64,000 nucleotides of DNA from Lama guanicoe. Taxonomy: Eukaryota. A program made the translations under genes and the position numbers. Shown one piece after another: positions 36,785 through 49,600 of this stretch (its first letter is position 1; each line of letters opens with the position of its first letter). Location of the stretch: contig MU056216.1 of assembly GCA_013239625.1 (NCBI GenBank), positions 9,594,957-9,658,956 of the forward strand, read 5' to 3'. Under the pieces are notes generated by a model, which saw nothing but the letters and a program-made list of their open reading frames with translations, did not search any database and had not been told where the DNA came from.

Positions 36785-38773
36785 ACAAGGCATCCAAATT
36801 GGAAAGGAAGAAGTAAAAGTATCTTGTGTTCACAGATGACATGATCTTATATGTATAAAACCCTAAAGACACCACAAAAAAACTGTTAGAAGTTTGATAA
36901 GTGAATTCAGCAAAGTAAGAGGATACAAAGGCAATACACAAAACTCACTTGCATTTTTATGCACTAATAATGAACAGTCCAAACAGGACATTAAGAAAAT
37001 AATTCCATTTACAATAGCCTCAAAGGAATAAAATGCTTAGGAGTAAACTTAACCAAAGAAGCAAAAGACTTTATGCACTGAAAACTACAAAATATTGCTG
37101 GAAAAAATTAAGGAAAATACAAACAAGTGAAAAGACATCCCATGTTCATGGATTACAAGATGTAATATTTTTAAAATGTTCATACTACCCAAGGCCATTT
37201 ACAGATTCTGTGCAATCCCATCAAAATCCAAATGGCATTCTTTTCAGAAATAGAAAAACCATCCTAAAATTCACATGGAATGTCAAAGCACTCCAGATAG
37301 CCAAAACACTCTCTAGAAAGGAACAAATCTGGTGACCTCACACGTCCTGATTTCAAAACATAATACAAAGCTACAATAATCAAACAGTATGGTGCTGGTG
37401 TAAGAGACATAGACCAGTGGAACAGAATAGAGAACCCAGAAATAAACTTTTATGTGTGTAGTCACAAATGGTCTTCAATGAGNNNNNNNNNNNNNNNNNN
37501 NNNNNNNNNNNNNNNNNNNNNNNNNNNNNNNNNNNNNNNNNNNNNNNNNNNNNNNNNNNNNNNNNNNNNNNNNNNNNNNNNNNNNNNNNNNNNNNNNNNN
37601 NNNNNNNNNNNNNNNNNNNNNNNNNNNNNNNNNNNNNNNNNNNNNNNNNNNNNNNNNNNNNNNNNNNNNNNNNNNNNNNNNNNNNNNNNNNNNNNNNNNN
37701 NNNNNNNNNNNNNNNNNNNNNNNNNNNNNNNNNNNNNNNNNNNNNNNNNNNNNNNNNNNNNNNNNNNNNNNNNNNNNNNNNNNNNNNNNNNNNNNNNNNN
37801 NNNNNNNNNNNNNNNNNNNNNNNNNNNNNNNNNNNNNNNNNNNNNNNNNNNNNNNNNNNNNNNNNNNNNNNNNNNNNNNNNNNNNNNNNNNNNNNNNNNN
37901 NNNNNNNNNNNNNNACTCAGTTAAAAAAAAATGGTAAAGGACTTGAATAGCCATTTCTCCAAAGATCTGCAAATGGCCAATCAGCATATGAAAAAATGCT
38001 CAACGTTACAATCTTCGGGGAAATGTGTATTAAAAGCACAATGAGGTAGTATAACTTTGAATCCATTAAGATGACCATTATCAAAAAAATAAAAAATAAC
38101 AAGTGTTGGTGAGGATTTAGAGAAACTGGAACCCTTGTGCACTGTTGATGGGAATATAAAAATAGTGCGGCTGCCATGGAAGATAGTATGGTGCTTCCTC
38201 AAAAAATTAAAAATATAATTACCATTTGATCCAGCAATCCCACTTCTTGGTATATAGCCAAAAGAACTGAAAAGGAATCTCCACAAGATATTTGCACAGC
38301 CAAGTTCATTGCAGCATTATTTATAGTAACCAACAGGTGGAAGCAACAACCTAAATTTCTATCATAGATGAAAAGNNNNNNNNNNNNNNNNNNNNNNNNN
38401 NNNNNNNNNNNNNNNNNNNNNNNNNNNNNNNNNNNNNNNNNNNNNNNNNNNNNNNNNNNNNNNNNNNNNNNNNNNNNNNNNNNNNNNNNNNNNNNNNNNN
38501 NNNNNNNNNNNNNNNNNNNNNNNNNNNNNNNNNNNNNNNNNNNNNNNNNNNNNNNNNNNNNNNNNNNNNNNNNNNNNNNNNNNNNNNNNNNNNNNNNNNN
38601 NNNNNNNNNNNNNNNNNNNNNNNNNNNNNNNNGTTTCAGTTCTACAAGGTTAAAATGTTCTAGTGATCTATATACAACAATGTTCATATAAGTAACACTA
38701 AAATACTGTACATTTTAAAATGGTTAAGACAGTGAATTTAATGTTATGGGTTTTTTTATAACATTAAAAAAAA
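36785..38773 (+). mobile_element. 5'-truncated L1 (L1MB/L1MA-age), ORF2 remnant plus 3' end; spans gaps 37483-37914 and 38376-38632
   Basis: KGIQIGKEEVK...DDMILY RT region with stops and frameshifts; ccatttgatccagcaatcccactt; 3' end aaaatggttaag...ttatg followed by an A-tail. Confidence 0.95.
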
Positions 38774-38885
38774 TCATCCTACCTCACCAGCCTTTCACAG
38801 ACTTAAAGAGATAATTAATGTATGTAAAGCAATTAGAATAGCACTTGACTCGTAATAGGGACTTATGTGTTAGTTATTATTATTG
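38774..38885 (+). mobile_element. MIR 3' half, apparently continuing the MIR core at 36744-36783
   Basis: cctacctcac...atgtatgtaaagcaattagaatag...tgttagttattattatt. Confidence 0.75.
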
Positions 38886-39015
38886 CCACAGATTAATCAA
38901 CTCAAGCCCAAGGATGACAAGTGACTTTCTTAGTGTCCCACAACTGCTAAATGATACAACTGGACCTTCAGGTCAGGTTTTCTGAGAACCCCAGAGGTCA
39001 TGGATTTTCCACTAT
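38886..39015 (-). mobile_element. MIR fragment
   Basis: aagtgactttcttagtgtcccacaactgctaaatg...caggttttctga. Confidence 0.6.
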
Positions 39016-39869
39016 TTTTTTGCTTCCTAAAACTGAACTTTTCCCCCTTAATGGCAAAAATTTAGGTCCTGGGATTCCAAACCAAAATTTCAAAGTCACT
39101 AGTCTGTTCCTTAATAAATAAACAAATCAAAAAAGGTGGATTTTTAAGGGCATGCTGTTCTTCCAATGCAAAATTTTTTATCACTTAGTTTACCTTGGGG
39201 GGCAGTGTATTCCTTCCCCCCGAATCTTTCATCTCATTTGACCACATCTTCATTCTAATCTCTTGCAAAGCCAATCCTAGTCCATTACCGTGCCTCAGGA
39301 CAAATGAGTCTTTAGTCTTTAACTAAATCTTTAGTCTAACCATCTGGCTTTGCCTTTGAAACTAGCCAGTGGTTGGACTGAGAAAGGAAAATTCCAAGGA
39401 AGTGGGGATTGTGTCTGTTGCATGTACTGTTGAATTCCTAGGGCTTTATGTGGTGCTGTTTTTGTATATAAATGAATAAAAGAAAGGTGAGTGCTGTTTT
39501 AAACAGGAACTCAGAGTATCCAAGCTGGAAGTCATCCAAGGTCACCACAACTACTCAGGAGAAGAACGAGTTTCAAAATGTTTCTACTTTCTACTGCTAT
39601 GTTCTTAAATAATAGTGATCAGGTGCCCTGTATGTAAGATACATTCCTGAAAGACATACTTTGGTCTCTTTTTGTGAAAATGCTGTCAATGCTACTGAGG
39701 CAGTTCTCTGAATTTGGCAGAGTCTGATCTTTATTATCAGACAGGATGTTTCATTTTATTTGGGGCCCAAAAGACTAGTTTTCAACCCACTTAGTTTGTT
39801 TTAAAGGCGAAAACTGTTTTGGAGAAGAGACAGTGTCTTCCAGAGTGTCAGGAGAGACAGTAGCAGGCT

Positions 39870-40795
39870 TTTCCTTAGAAAATTTTGACAAGGGTGGTCA
39901 AGTGGGCCTTGCAGGGGTAGAGAGGATAAGGAGAGATTGGAAGTTTTTGATAAAGCATTACACTGATGAGTGCTGTGACCCAGGAACATTTATCTAGCAC
40001 CATGATACAGGATTACCTGAAGAAGCAAGATGCTGGAAACAGGAAAATCAGAGGAGAGTCAGTTGCAATAGTTCAAGTGGGAAGTGAGGCTACTCCAAAA
40101 CTTGTCAGTGGTGGAAACTGAAAGAAAGGAGGCATGCAACATTAGGAAATGAGACTTGTTTACCTTTTAGAAGGGAAGAACCAAGTCTTCAGTTTCCAGC
40201 ACCAACAGGTACTCAACATACAGATGTTTCATGAATTAATGGATTCATTGAAAGTGAGGGCCAAGGGAAAACAAGGATTACAGGATGCCTTCAAATAATT
40301 TTCTCTCTTTTCTTTTTTTTCAATCTAGTTAGCTATGAATGGCAGTTCTATTAAGAATACTGAGTATGTCAAGAGAACAAATCTCATTCCTGGGAAAGAT
40401 AATGAGTTCAGTTTGGGTCCGGGTGAATCTGATAGTCAGGTAGTAGTTGGAAATCTGGGACTTGGAAAGAGGACAAAGGTGGAGTTTCAGGAGAGGTCCA
40501 GAGTGCAGAGAGGACGTCATCACCCAGTGAAGAAAGTTGAATTCCTTGGTGTGGATGAGATTGGAAAGCCTGGTGTGGGAGGAAAAGAGAAGCGGTTATA
40601 CGTACAGGAGAAGCACGTGCATGACAAGAGGGAGAAGAAAGAAAACCAAGCAGGAAAATAGAAAGGTAATTTAATTAGAGTATATCCAAGGGAAGAAAGA
40701 ATTTCAGTTAGAAGATAGTGGTCAAAAATATTAAATTTTGAACAGGAGGCTGAAATGTTCACGAGAAGTGAATAAATTTGTGCTGACCTTGGAAG
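39870..40795 (-). mobile_element. L2 LINE fragment(s)
   Basis: gttgcaatagttcaagtggga; gggaaagataatgagttcagtttgg; aagaatttcag...gtggtcaa...tgaccttgg. Confidence 0.75.
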
Positions 40796-41793
40796 ATGAC
40801 CATGAATTAGTTCCTAAAAATTAACGCGTTGGTAAGAACAGTGAAGAAATCTGCTGGGAAGCTACTGTGAGTCCGAGAGTTAACACAGCTCCGGCCTCGC
40901 TGGCCTCGAGGATTGAGGCCCAGTTGCTCGTTGATGGGGGCGCGCTCTATCTGCTCAGAATCAAGCAACAAAGCCACTGAGAGGTTTCCTGAGAGGAATC
41001 GCGTTAACAGGGGTTCCCTTCTGTGCTCTCCTGACTAGCTTGCTTGTCATGCTCGGCATTCCGCGGGCGTCGTGCTAAGGAAATAAGGGGGCTCCCAAGG
41101 AAGCCTGTTGCAGAAAACTTCTGCCTTAGTACTCAGAAATTGGGAAATCTCTGCATGTGTACAAGGGCTTAATGGGATTAACTGGGATGAAATACTGAGA
41201 TCTGCTCCTCAGCAAAGGAGATTTTACTCAAAATCTCTGACACTCAAACAGCCATGCGCCTTCTACGCCAACCCTTCCCTACTCTTCTCCATGGAAATGC
41301 CAACGCCATGTGTGAGGGGTGTCCTGCTGGGTATTCAGGGAGAGGAGAAGGAAAATCAAATTCCCATTAAGAGCTTTGGGTTATGACTTTCAGGCCAGCC
41401 GTAAGTTTTGTCTTCTGAGGAAGGTGGTACAATTCGTTATCAACAATCAGAAACACTCAGTGATAGAATGATTCGGTTTTCAGAAGTCAAAAGGCATTGT
41501 GTGCCCTCCAGAATGCCACAGGGAAAAGATAAAGCATAGATTTTTTGAAATTCAGTAAGTTTTCATCATTTTAAAGTTATAAAATGACTGGAAGCTAGAC
41601 AGATATATAGATATATGCATGTGTGTGTTTGTGCAAATACATTGGTTTGGGCTGGTGTTTGTTTTGTTTGCCCCACTTGGGCCATTTCTGTACTTTTTCA
41701 TTCGAACTGAGATTGGCCTCTTGGGACTTTGCAAGCGGAACATCCTCATGTCCAAACACAGAGCTTCGCCTTCAGGGTATGTATACACTACTG

Positions 41794-42594
41794 CGGTGGT
41801 CCTCATACTTGAATGTGCGTTAGAGTCACCTGGAGGCCTGGTTAAACCACAGATGGTTCCCCCGCCCCCAGAGTTTCCGGGTCAGTAAGTCCAGGCTGAG
41901 ACCTAAGAATCTGCATTGATAGCAAGTTCTCACATTAGAGATTCCCGAATCTTCTTGGTTTGTGGTTCTCTCGAAGTCGCAGTAATGTTTTTGCTGTGCC
42001 CATAGGTTGGACTGTCAGACTTAGGCAATCCTATTCCTCGGTGGAAAGAAATACCTCACAGTTCTGTTTATTAAGTATTTAGATTCAAACAACTTAAAAA
42101 ACACTTATGTCCTAACAACTTAGTAGATATTTAAAAATACCCTTAAATTGAAAGAAAATAATTTTTAAATTTCGTTATTAACCACAATTACTTAATAATG
42201 GGATGTGTGCACTGGTAGACACGGCAGTTTCTCAAACTGAGAATGAGATTGGATGTCACCACCATATTTTCTATTCCACACTGATTTTCAGCAAGAACTT
42301 GGTTTTTATCATAGCAGCTGTCAAAGACCCAGCTTCACAAAGCTATGGCATCGTGAAAGAGAACGCTATTGAGAAGAGCTCATGTCACAGTTGTCAGCTA
42401 CCTTGAGCCAGTAATTTGCTCGGTGTCTGACAGATGTCCAGTGTTGCTGTGAGTCCCTTGAAATTTTAAAATATTTCAAGGTGTCCTTGTGAGTTTACTG
42501 CTGTGCCCCAGGGCAGCTCTGGGCACATTTTGGGAAGTGGGTCTCAAGTGTTGCCCATGCTGCTGGTTTGAGGATTCCTCTTTGGGAACTGTTG
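41794..42594. mobile_element. MER5A split by a nested insertion (pieces about 41794-41934 and 42541-42594)
   Basis: cggtggtcctcatacttgaatgtgcgttagagtcacctggagg...aagaatctgcatt, resuming as atgctgctggtttgagga...ctttgggaac. Confidence 0.8.
41935..42540 (-). mobile_element. Charlie4-like hAT transposon with transposase C-terminal remnant
   Basis: Minus strand 42351-42271 translates MP*LCEAGSLTAAMIKTKFLLKISVE*, resembling the hAT dimerisation motif YLCEAGFS..IKSK; ends tttgggaa. Confidence 0.8.
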
Positions 42595-42879
42595 TGCTGA
42601 CGACTCAGAGAGATCACAAGGCAGGTGCTTTCTGAGCGTTTTCTCACTTTCTTTGACAATCCTTAATATCCTAAAAAATTTGGGAAGCAAGCAATGCAGA
42701 AAAATACATACATGTTTGCCATTAATGATTTTTTTTTAATTTTTGTAGCAGAAGAATTAGATAGGGAAGGAATCAGAGAATGAATAAAGACACCACAAAC
42801 AGAGTTGTAGGTTGTGAGGTGAAAAGCACTTAAAATTGTGTGCAATTGTTTTTATGGTGCATTTACAAAGCAATTATTT

Positions 42880-43005
42880 TGTCATGCCATTTTCAGTCAT
42901 AATTAATTAAACTGGGCAATCCCAGTGAGCTAGGTAAGGATTACTGTCTTGGCGTTACACACAGGAACTGATACATCAGCTTAAGTGACTTGCTTTAGGC
43001 CAAAG
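42880..43005 (-). mobile_element. MIR fragment
   Basis: cagtgagctaggta...ggaactga...ttaagtgacttgc. Confidence 0.55.
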
Positions 43006-43912
43006 AGAGCTTAATTTCTTGGAGACAGAAGACTAATATCACAGTATTTTAGTTTTCGTTAAAAAACAACTTATAAGAAACGGGCCTTATTATTTCACTT
43101 CAAATTCCCTCAAGCTTCATAGTTAATTTTCTCAAAGATCTTGTAAGGTGGGTGAATAGCAAGCAGTCCCATTTGACTAATGAGAAGCCCGCAGCCAGTG
43201 GTGAACGTGTCCAGAGCCTGAGTTTCTGAAGCATTTGGGGGAACCAGTGAACGGAAGAGGGAAGACATTTTGAAGCTGGAGCTGTAGAGAGAGGAAGGCT
43301 GGTGGGTACCTTTGAAAATAATTGAGGCTGGTTCCTGGATCCTCAACAGCATCTTCTCAGAAAAAAAACAAAACTCAAAGCCCCTTGAAGACAAAAGGAC
43401 AGAAAAAATCATTTTAAGCCAAAAAAAGCAGGTAACGATCAAAGTGCTCCATCTTGAGGGTAGACGTTCAGCTTCTGCTTGATGAAATCACTACTTCAGC
43501 AGGGGCCCAAGCCAAGATGTTGAGGGGGATCTATCTATTCAGAGACAAAGAGCTCAGCAAATACTTCTATGTAGACATAATTTAAAGAAACCTGTGTATA
43601 TAACTGTGGTCCTACATGTCTTTGGCTCATCTGCAATGCCTGAAAAAATGCCTTGCAGGTTAAGCAGTGCTTGATATACATTGCTGAGGTTTCTAGAGTA
43701 TGACTGCAAGATTCTGGAGGAAAAGAGAGGAGACCACTGTTATAAACTGAGTGATTGCCTTTTTATCTGTCCTGGAATCTATGAGATTTGATATACGAAC
43801 CAGCAATCTAGATGATTAAACAGAGGACACTCACTAAGGTGGCACTGAATCATTAGGTTGTTAAACTCCTCAAAGTTTCAGATAAAACTCAATCATCTCA
43901 AAAAGAGAAATG

Positions 43913-44062
43913 CCACTGTTCTGGAGTCGCAAGGAGCGACCTGCAGTTGGAATCGCAGCTTGGCTACTTCTCGCCGTGTGACCAAGGCCATTCTCTAAAC
44001 TTTCAGTTTCCCACCTCATGGGTCTGTATCAAGCTCAAAAATGAGTTAATAAATGTGAGAGC
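43913..44062 (+). mobile_element. MIR SINE, internally deleted
   Basis: tctggagtc...gtgtgaccaaggcc...tcagtttccc...aaatgagttaataaatgtgagagc. Confidence 0.75.
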
Positions 44063-44769
44063 AGACTGTAAGTTTTTAACTAGATACCTTCAACTCAAGG
44101 TGATGCTCAGAGCCCAGAACACCACTTCTCTCCCAGAATCTGCTCCTCCTCCAGTCCCTTACTCATCATGCAAAACACGTATGCCGACAGGGCAGCGACG
44201 CTGGCCTGGGTAAGTCAGCACGTGTGCGTCCTGGGAGTCCTCGGACTGTACAGCTGAGGGGCACGTGTCCAGTTTAGACAGAGCCACTCAACCACCACAG
44301 TGTGCCAGGCCCCGAGCCTTGTTTCTGCAGTGCCTTGTGCAAGTGTCACACACAATAGATGCACAGCACAAGGCTAGAGCCTGCTGACCTGCCTGATGGG
44401 ACCTCACCCCCTTCCCCAGGGCCTTATGCACGAGTGGTTGCTGAGCCAGCAGCTCCAGCGTCCGGCCAGCCCACTCACTACTGCTCACAGCCTACGGCCC
44501 CTCACCATGTCTCACCCTTGAGATAAATTCTAAGTTCTCATTGCCCTTTACCGTTTGGGTGTTCAGGTGAAGGATTTCATGGGTCTCAAGACTTCCAGTT
44601 TTAAAATCAGAATGATAGATCACCCTGTACATGGCCATCGTAAATTTTATCTCCTTTGAAACTAATGTTCCAATCTCTACAGTAGGAATTCAGAATTATT
44701 TTCTCTCTATATATATGCCTACAGCATTCTGTTTACACCTCTGTCTTAGTTTTTCTCAGGTATTAGAAT

Positions 44770-44900
44770 TCTCTCCCAAGTGTTTGTTTCCTTCTTCAGA
44801 TTTTTAGCATCTTACAGTTGTGGTCCTTGTCTCCTCCACAGTGTCTAGCTGGTACTTTGCATATTGGAGTTAAAATTAAGAGTTCTTGGCTTGAACTGAA
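44770..44900 (+). mobile_element. L2 3' tail fragment
   Basis: ccacagtgtctagc...tgcatattggag...ttgaactgaa. Confidence 0.5.
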
Positions 44901-45799
44901 GAAAGAAATCATTAAATTCAGAATGAGTAAAAACTGACCGTGGGCGTCATAATGGACTAAATAAACAACATTTTAGAAGAGATAATGTGATTCTCAGATG
45001 AATCAACATGAGGATAACAGGAAACAGGCTGAGATTTCAGCAAAAGGGAATACCATGTATCCAAAAGCAGCCTTTGGCCAGAAGGATGATGGGGGGAAAA
45101 AGTGGGTATAGCTTGCGAAAGATTATGAAATCTCTCTCAGAATCATTCAGCACTGTCCCACTATCCAAGTATCTCGGTTTAAGATGAAGATTTTCAGGAT
45201 TAAGCGCTGGACATAGTGCTGGAGGCAGGGTCCAGGCAGGTACCTTCTGAAACCCTGTGGACTAGGATGAGTCGTTACCGTATTTCTAAGAGAAGTGACA
45301 TCCCTTTCTTTCTTTTTCACGAAGTTAGGACGCGCTGGCTTATTCCTGTCCAGGTCGTGCTTGTTGAGGTTTAGAAGTCAGGGCTGTGAACAACGTTGTA
45401 GTTAGTACAACGCTAACTAGCAGCAGGTGATGATATTACATTATAGTTGAATATTTTTCCCACCAAGGATTTATTTGGGAACGTGAAGTCTCCCTGACTT
45501 GCCATTTCCCATGGTCTTCACTGAGGAACCATTGCTCCGAAGTCCTTCCTCCACCATGGGGCCTGACCATCTGCTCACAGTAATTGCAAATTTCACCTCC
45601 ATGATTCATAGTCTCCCTATGTTCTTTTGCACATCTTTGAAATGCCCCAGGCAACTGCTCTTCCCTCCAACGGGCAGGGCAGCCGGAGCAACCACAACAG
45701 CTGTGGGATTCACCAAGCCTTGTCCCTGCTCTGTTTCTGGCAGCCGGTGACAACCGCCAGGCCGCTCTCCAGAAAAGCCTGCAGATTGTAAAGCCATTA

Positions 45800-46690
45800 G
45801 GGCTTAACTCCTCGGGGACAACAAAGAGCGCTGCCTTTGAATGTGAGCTCTGTGTGGGATCAGAGAGGCCTCTGGCACCTGGGCCTGTCCACGGGGCCAG
45901 GGCGATCTGCAGGGAAAGTTACAAGCTGCCGAGGGAGTATTTTCACAGGTTTTTCCAAACAAAGGCTTCTTTCTTCAAACCCTGTACAACTCTTTTCTGA
46001 TTGCTAATTAACCAGACCTAGTGAAAAACAGGCCATTTCTGTACATAGAAGTTGTGTGTGTGTGTGTGTGTGCTCACGTGTGTGTGGTGTGGTTGACGTG
46101 CATTGTGATGGGTTTTTGTTTGTGTCTTTTGACGTGTGACGTGAAGCCCTGTTTTGAGTTTGAGGAGAGAGTGAATGGAGGCATCTCGGCTCGCCCAGTC
46201 GCTGGCCGCGCGCGCTCAGCCCTGCTGCCAGCTTCTCCTACTGCACGTGCTTCGTGTTTCGCTTGAAGTCACCCTCTCACTCCAAAACCGAGGCTCTCTT
46301 TCACTCTGTGTCTCTCAGAGTTCTCACCATTGCTCATCTGTCTTGCCCTGTTTGCTGCGTAGGAAGCTCCTGCCTGGCCCAGCTGTCTTCAATTATGACT
46401 TTGTTTACTTCCCCAGACGCTCTCCCGCTTTCCCACCCAGGACCTCCCCTCTGCCTCTCGCGTGCCTTTCCTCTGTGATGTGCGCTTGAAGCTCTGGAAG
46501 CCCCCTTTCCCCTGAGGCCCCTACAGGACACTGGTGGTTGTTCTAACCACTGCTTTGCCACTCGGTGCATGCTGCCACCTTGTCGAAGCCGACCAGAGCC
46601 TGGTGGCCTTCTGGAACGGTGGCCAGAGCCTTCCACACCCTACCTCTTTTAACTTAGTGTTTCCAGTTATGAATGAGGAGTTTTGTAAGT
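45800..46690. promoter_or_regulatory. CpG-retaining candidate promoter/enhancer with an ACGTG cluster
   Basis: CACGTG 46075 and 46244; TGACGTG 46094, 46130, 46137; TGTGGT twice at 46083-46093; CTTTGAA about 45835; ggccgcgcgcgc. Confidence 0.5.
46053..46072. repeat. (TG)n microsatellite
   Basis: TG run. Confidence 0.95.
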
Positions 46691-49600
46691 TTCATAATTC
46701 AGGATCCTGGAGTTTTGAAAGAGGGTTATATTTTGTTTATTTTATTCACAATTAAGGTGCTCATTGTGAGGTTATCTATCAACTCGATCTTTGCAATCAA
46801 TTTGATATTTGATCAGTAAATGTGTCCATTTTGGCCTTTTTTGGTTCTGAGACTGGTGGGGGAAAGAAGCTCTTCGCAGGCCTCTAGTGGACATGTCATG
46901 GAACTGCAGAAGTCGTGTATTCAAATGTGTGACCTACAGGCATGAGGCAATCCCCAAACGTGTTTTTCATCGGATGTTTAATTTCATAGTGTAATAGTGT
47001 GTTTGAAGGTGTGGAAGATAAGAACAATGGTGAAATCAAACTCTTGGTTGATTTAACCACAGGCAATTATCAAGTTGTCCATTGTTGCCTGATGTCAACT
47101 GGAATGAGTTTCTTTATCCATTTAGTCTCTCTTTTATAATAGCAGCTGAATTTTAGTGTCAAATAATAACTGTAAATCAACTATACTCTTAGTTCCTTTT
47201 TTAGCAATAATTTTTATCAAGAATTTGAAATCTCTGGTATTTTAATAGTTTCATCATTTAAATGTTTCATTTCAAAAGAGTTGGAAATATATGTCTCTAT
47301 AAAGACCTGGGAAGTAATGTTGTCCAGAGGCAACCCCAGCCTTCTCCAAAGACCAAAATCCCCCAGGGTTCTCTCCAGCCTTCAGTGATTTTCCATGGGC
47401 GCTCCGCATTCGCTTCATGCCGGGCGGCCTCTCTCTCACGTTCCCTTCACCTAAGATAACTCTTCCCTTCTACCACGTCCCCACCTGGCGAGATTCTTCA
47501 GATCCTTACAAACCCAAGTCAAATCTATCTTCTATTTATAACTCCCCTCCCCACCCACACCTAACAGAATTAAAAAAAAAAAAAACTTCTCTGTGGTGTT
47601 CAGTTTTATTACCTGAGCTGTGTTCCATCACGCATTCAATTTGTTATCTTAAGTTAACTTGTAAAGGATCCGTTTCTGCTCCTGGGCAGTTAATAGTGTA
47701 TTTTGCAGGTTTCTCATCGTCACTCTAGCTGTAGTCCCAGCACAGCTTGTGGCACTTGGTAAAGACTGTTGAATCGTTAGCTGTTCCTTGTGGTGCTTGT
47801 CCTGGGTAAAACTGGGGGTTCGGGAAGTATGCCGCATTTTGTCATTTGTATCTCTGTTTGCATCCTGCACCTGACCTCCCTTCTTGCTGCCTCTCCACAG
47901 TCATCTCCAATGTAAAGCGATTTTAAGGCCCTGAATAATGTAAACCTTATCTTGAATTTAAATGAAATGCTTTGCCCTACATCAAGCAACTAAGCTGGTG
48001 AGAGAGTTGTTTTGGGGAATGGAATCCCCAGCTCCTAATATACAGTCATGACTGTCTCGTCTCCCTAAGAATTAGGCTAGCTTCATTGTGTCCCAAAGGG
48101 GCTTCCATTCTGCCTTTTGGATTAAACTTGCAAAATATTTTTAAGATACTGACATGGAATGTAGTTCTGGAACAAATTAGCCCTATGTTTAAGTCTGTAT
48201 AGAGTTGAAAGCCCTAGGATCATATTTTGAGCTATGTATGAGGACAGTGAGATTATGAGTCCATCACTGCAAGACAGACCTTGAACTAGGGCAGAAAGGG
48301 CTGGGGATGGAACTTTAAAGAGGATGACTTTACGGGTAGCTATCTGCTGAGGGGCCACTTGGGACTTCACATCAGAGGCTTGAGCAAATCTTACAGGTTG
48401 TGGGTGACATTGACTAAAAGCAAGTGGTCGCCAAGGCATTGTGTGGGACTATTAAAGTGAAATGGAGTTTTCTTTGCTGAAAAAGCCAACTTTGTTTTTG
48501 TTTAATATTCTTTGGGTCTGGGTTTCTTAATCTAGTGACCTCTTATCTCTTTAAAACTTAAATTGTAAGAAAAAATGTATATATACATGCCATGTATGTA
48601 AGTGGGGAGAGCTTTGGAAAGATTCTTGAAAGCCTAAAAATGATTAGGAATTACTATTTTTAATTGGCTGAAAGGTAGTATGTTTTATAGTATGAGTCAC
48701 ATTAAACGATTTTTTCTCTAAACATTGCCTGAATTGAACTGAATATTACATTTACACATACTGCCCAATTGTTTACTAAATTCTTTTAATTGGATGATGG
48801 AATTAAATTTGAAAACTACTGTCCAGATATCCTAACACTTTTGGCAACAGCCTAGCAGTGGCCTTTTACTAAAGACTTTCTGTACTTTTATGAGGCAAAA
48901 GTGAAGGAATTGGAGTGATTAGTTAGGTTGAAAGAACGATTTATTTTTAAAAGAACGAAAGAACACAAGTAAAATTTATCTCTAAGAGTAAGTTGTTTGG
49001 AACTTGGACAGGTGATGGGGAGCAAGTGTTTCTTTAGTTATGTCGTTTTCTAAATTTGTAATCAAACATTACCATTAGTCATAGAAAGATAAAAGGAAGA
49101 AATAAGACTAAACTGCAGATCTAAATATTTGCAAATATAAATTATCTTGACAAAATGAGTCTAGAAGGAAGACACATACTGATATGAAGGGATTTTACTT
49201 CAATTAAGGAAAAGATTTAAGAGAAGAACACAAGGCAGTATCTTATAAAACAGTAAAAATAAATCAAAGATACTTATGCTTGAGGAAATGAAAATGCTAG
49301 GTGTTTAATATCTCTAAATTCATAATACAATGATACTTCACTTATCCAAAATTCAGTTATGTGACTGCATCAATAATATGGAAAAGGCCCATAAGCAAAG
49401 CAACAACAACAAAAAACACTGTCCTTAAAGAACCAAGGTTAAATCTGTGTATCAACCCCGCAGTGCACTGTCTGCACTGTCCTCAGATAACTCTTTTAAC
49501 ATCTTTCTCCAGACTCTCAGAACTGCCAGTAAAAGCTGAGTAATCTGGGACAAGTTGGATGACTTCCACCAAAGTTTTCTAGTTGCCTATCAGATCTTAA

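Noticed and set aside
36785-38350. L1 ORF2-like peptides as a CDS
   Set aside because: 5'-truncated, with stops and frameshifts; a dead retrotransposon
45436-45797. Overlapping ORFs suggesting a processed pseudogene
   Set aside because: No frame resembles a protein I know, and there is no poly-A tail or TSD
46175-46489. 104-aa ATG ORF (MEASRLAQSL...)
   Set aside because: Unrecognised; its length is explained by GC-rich, stop-poor composition
47045-47101. Pre-miRNA-like hairpin (caggcaat/gttgcctg)
   Set aside because: Short stems with a large asymmetric bulge; matches no miRNA I recall
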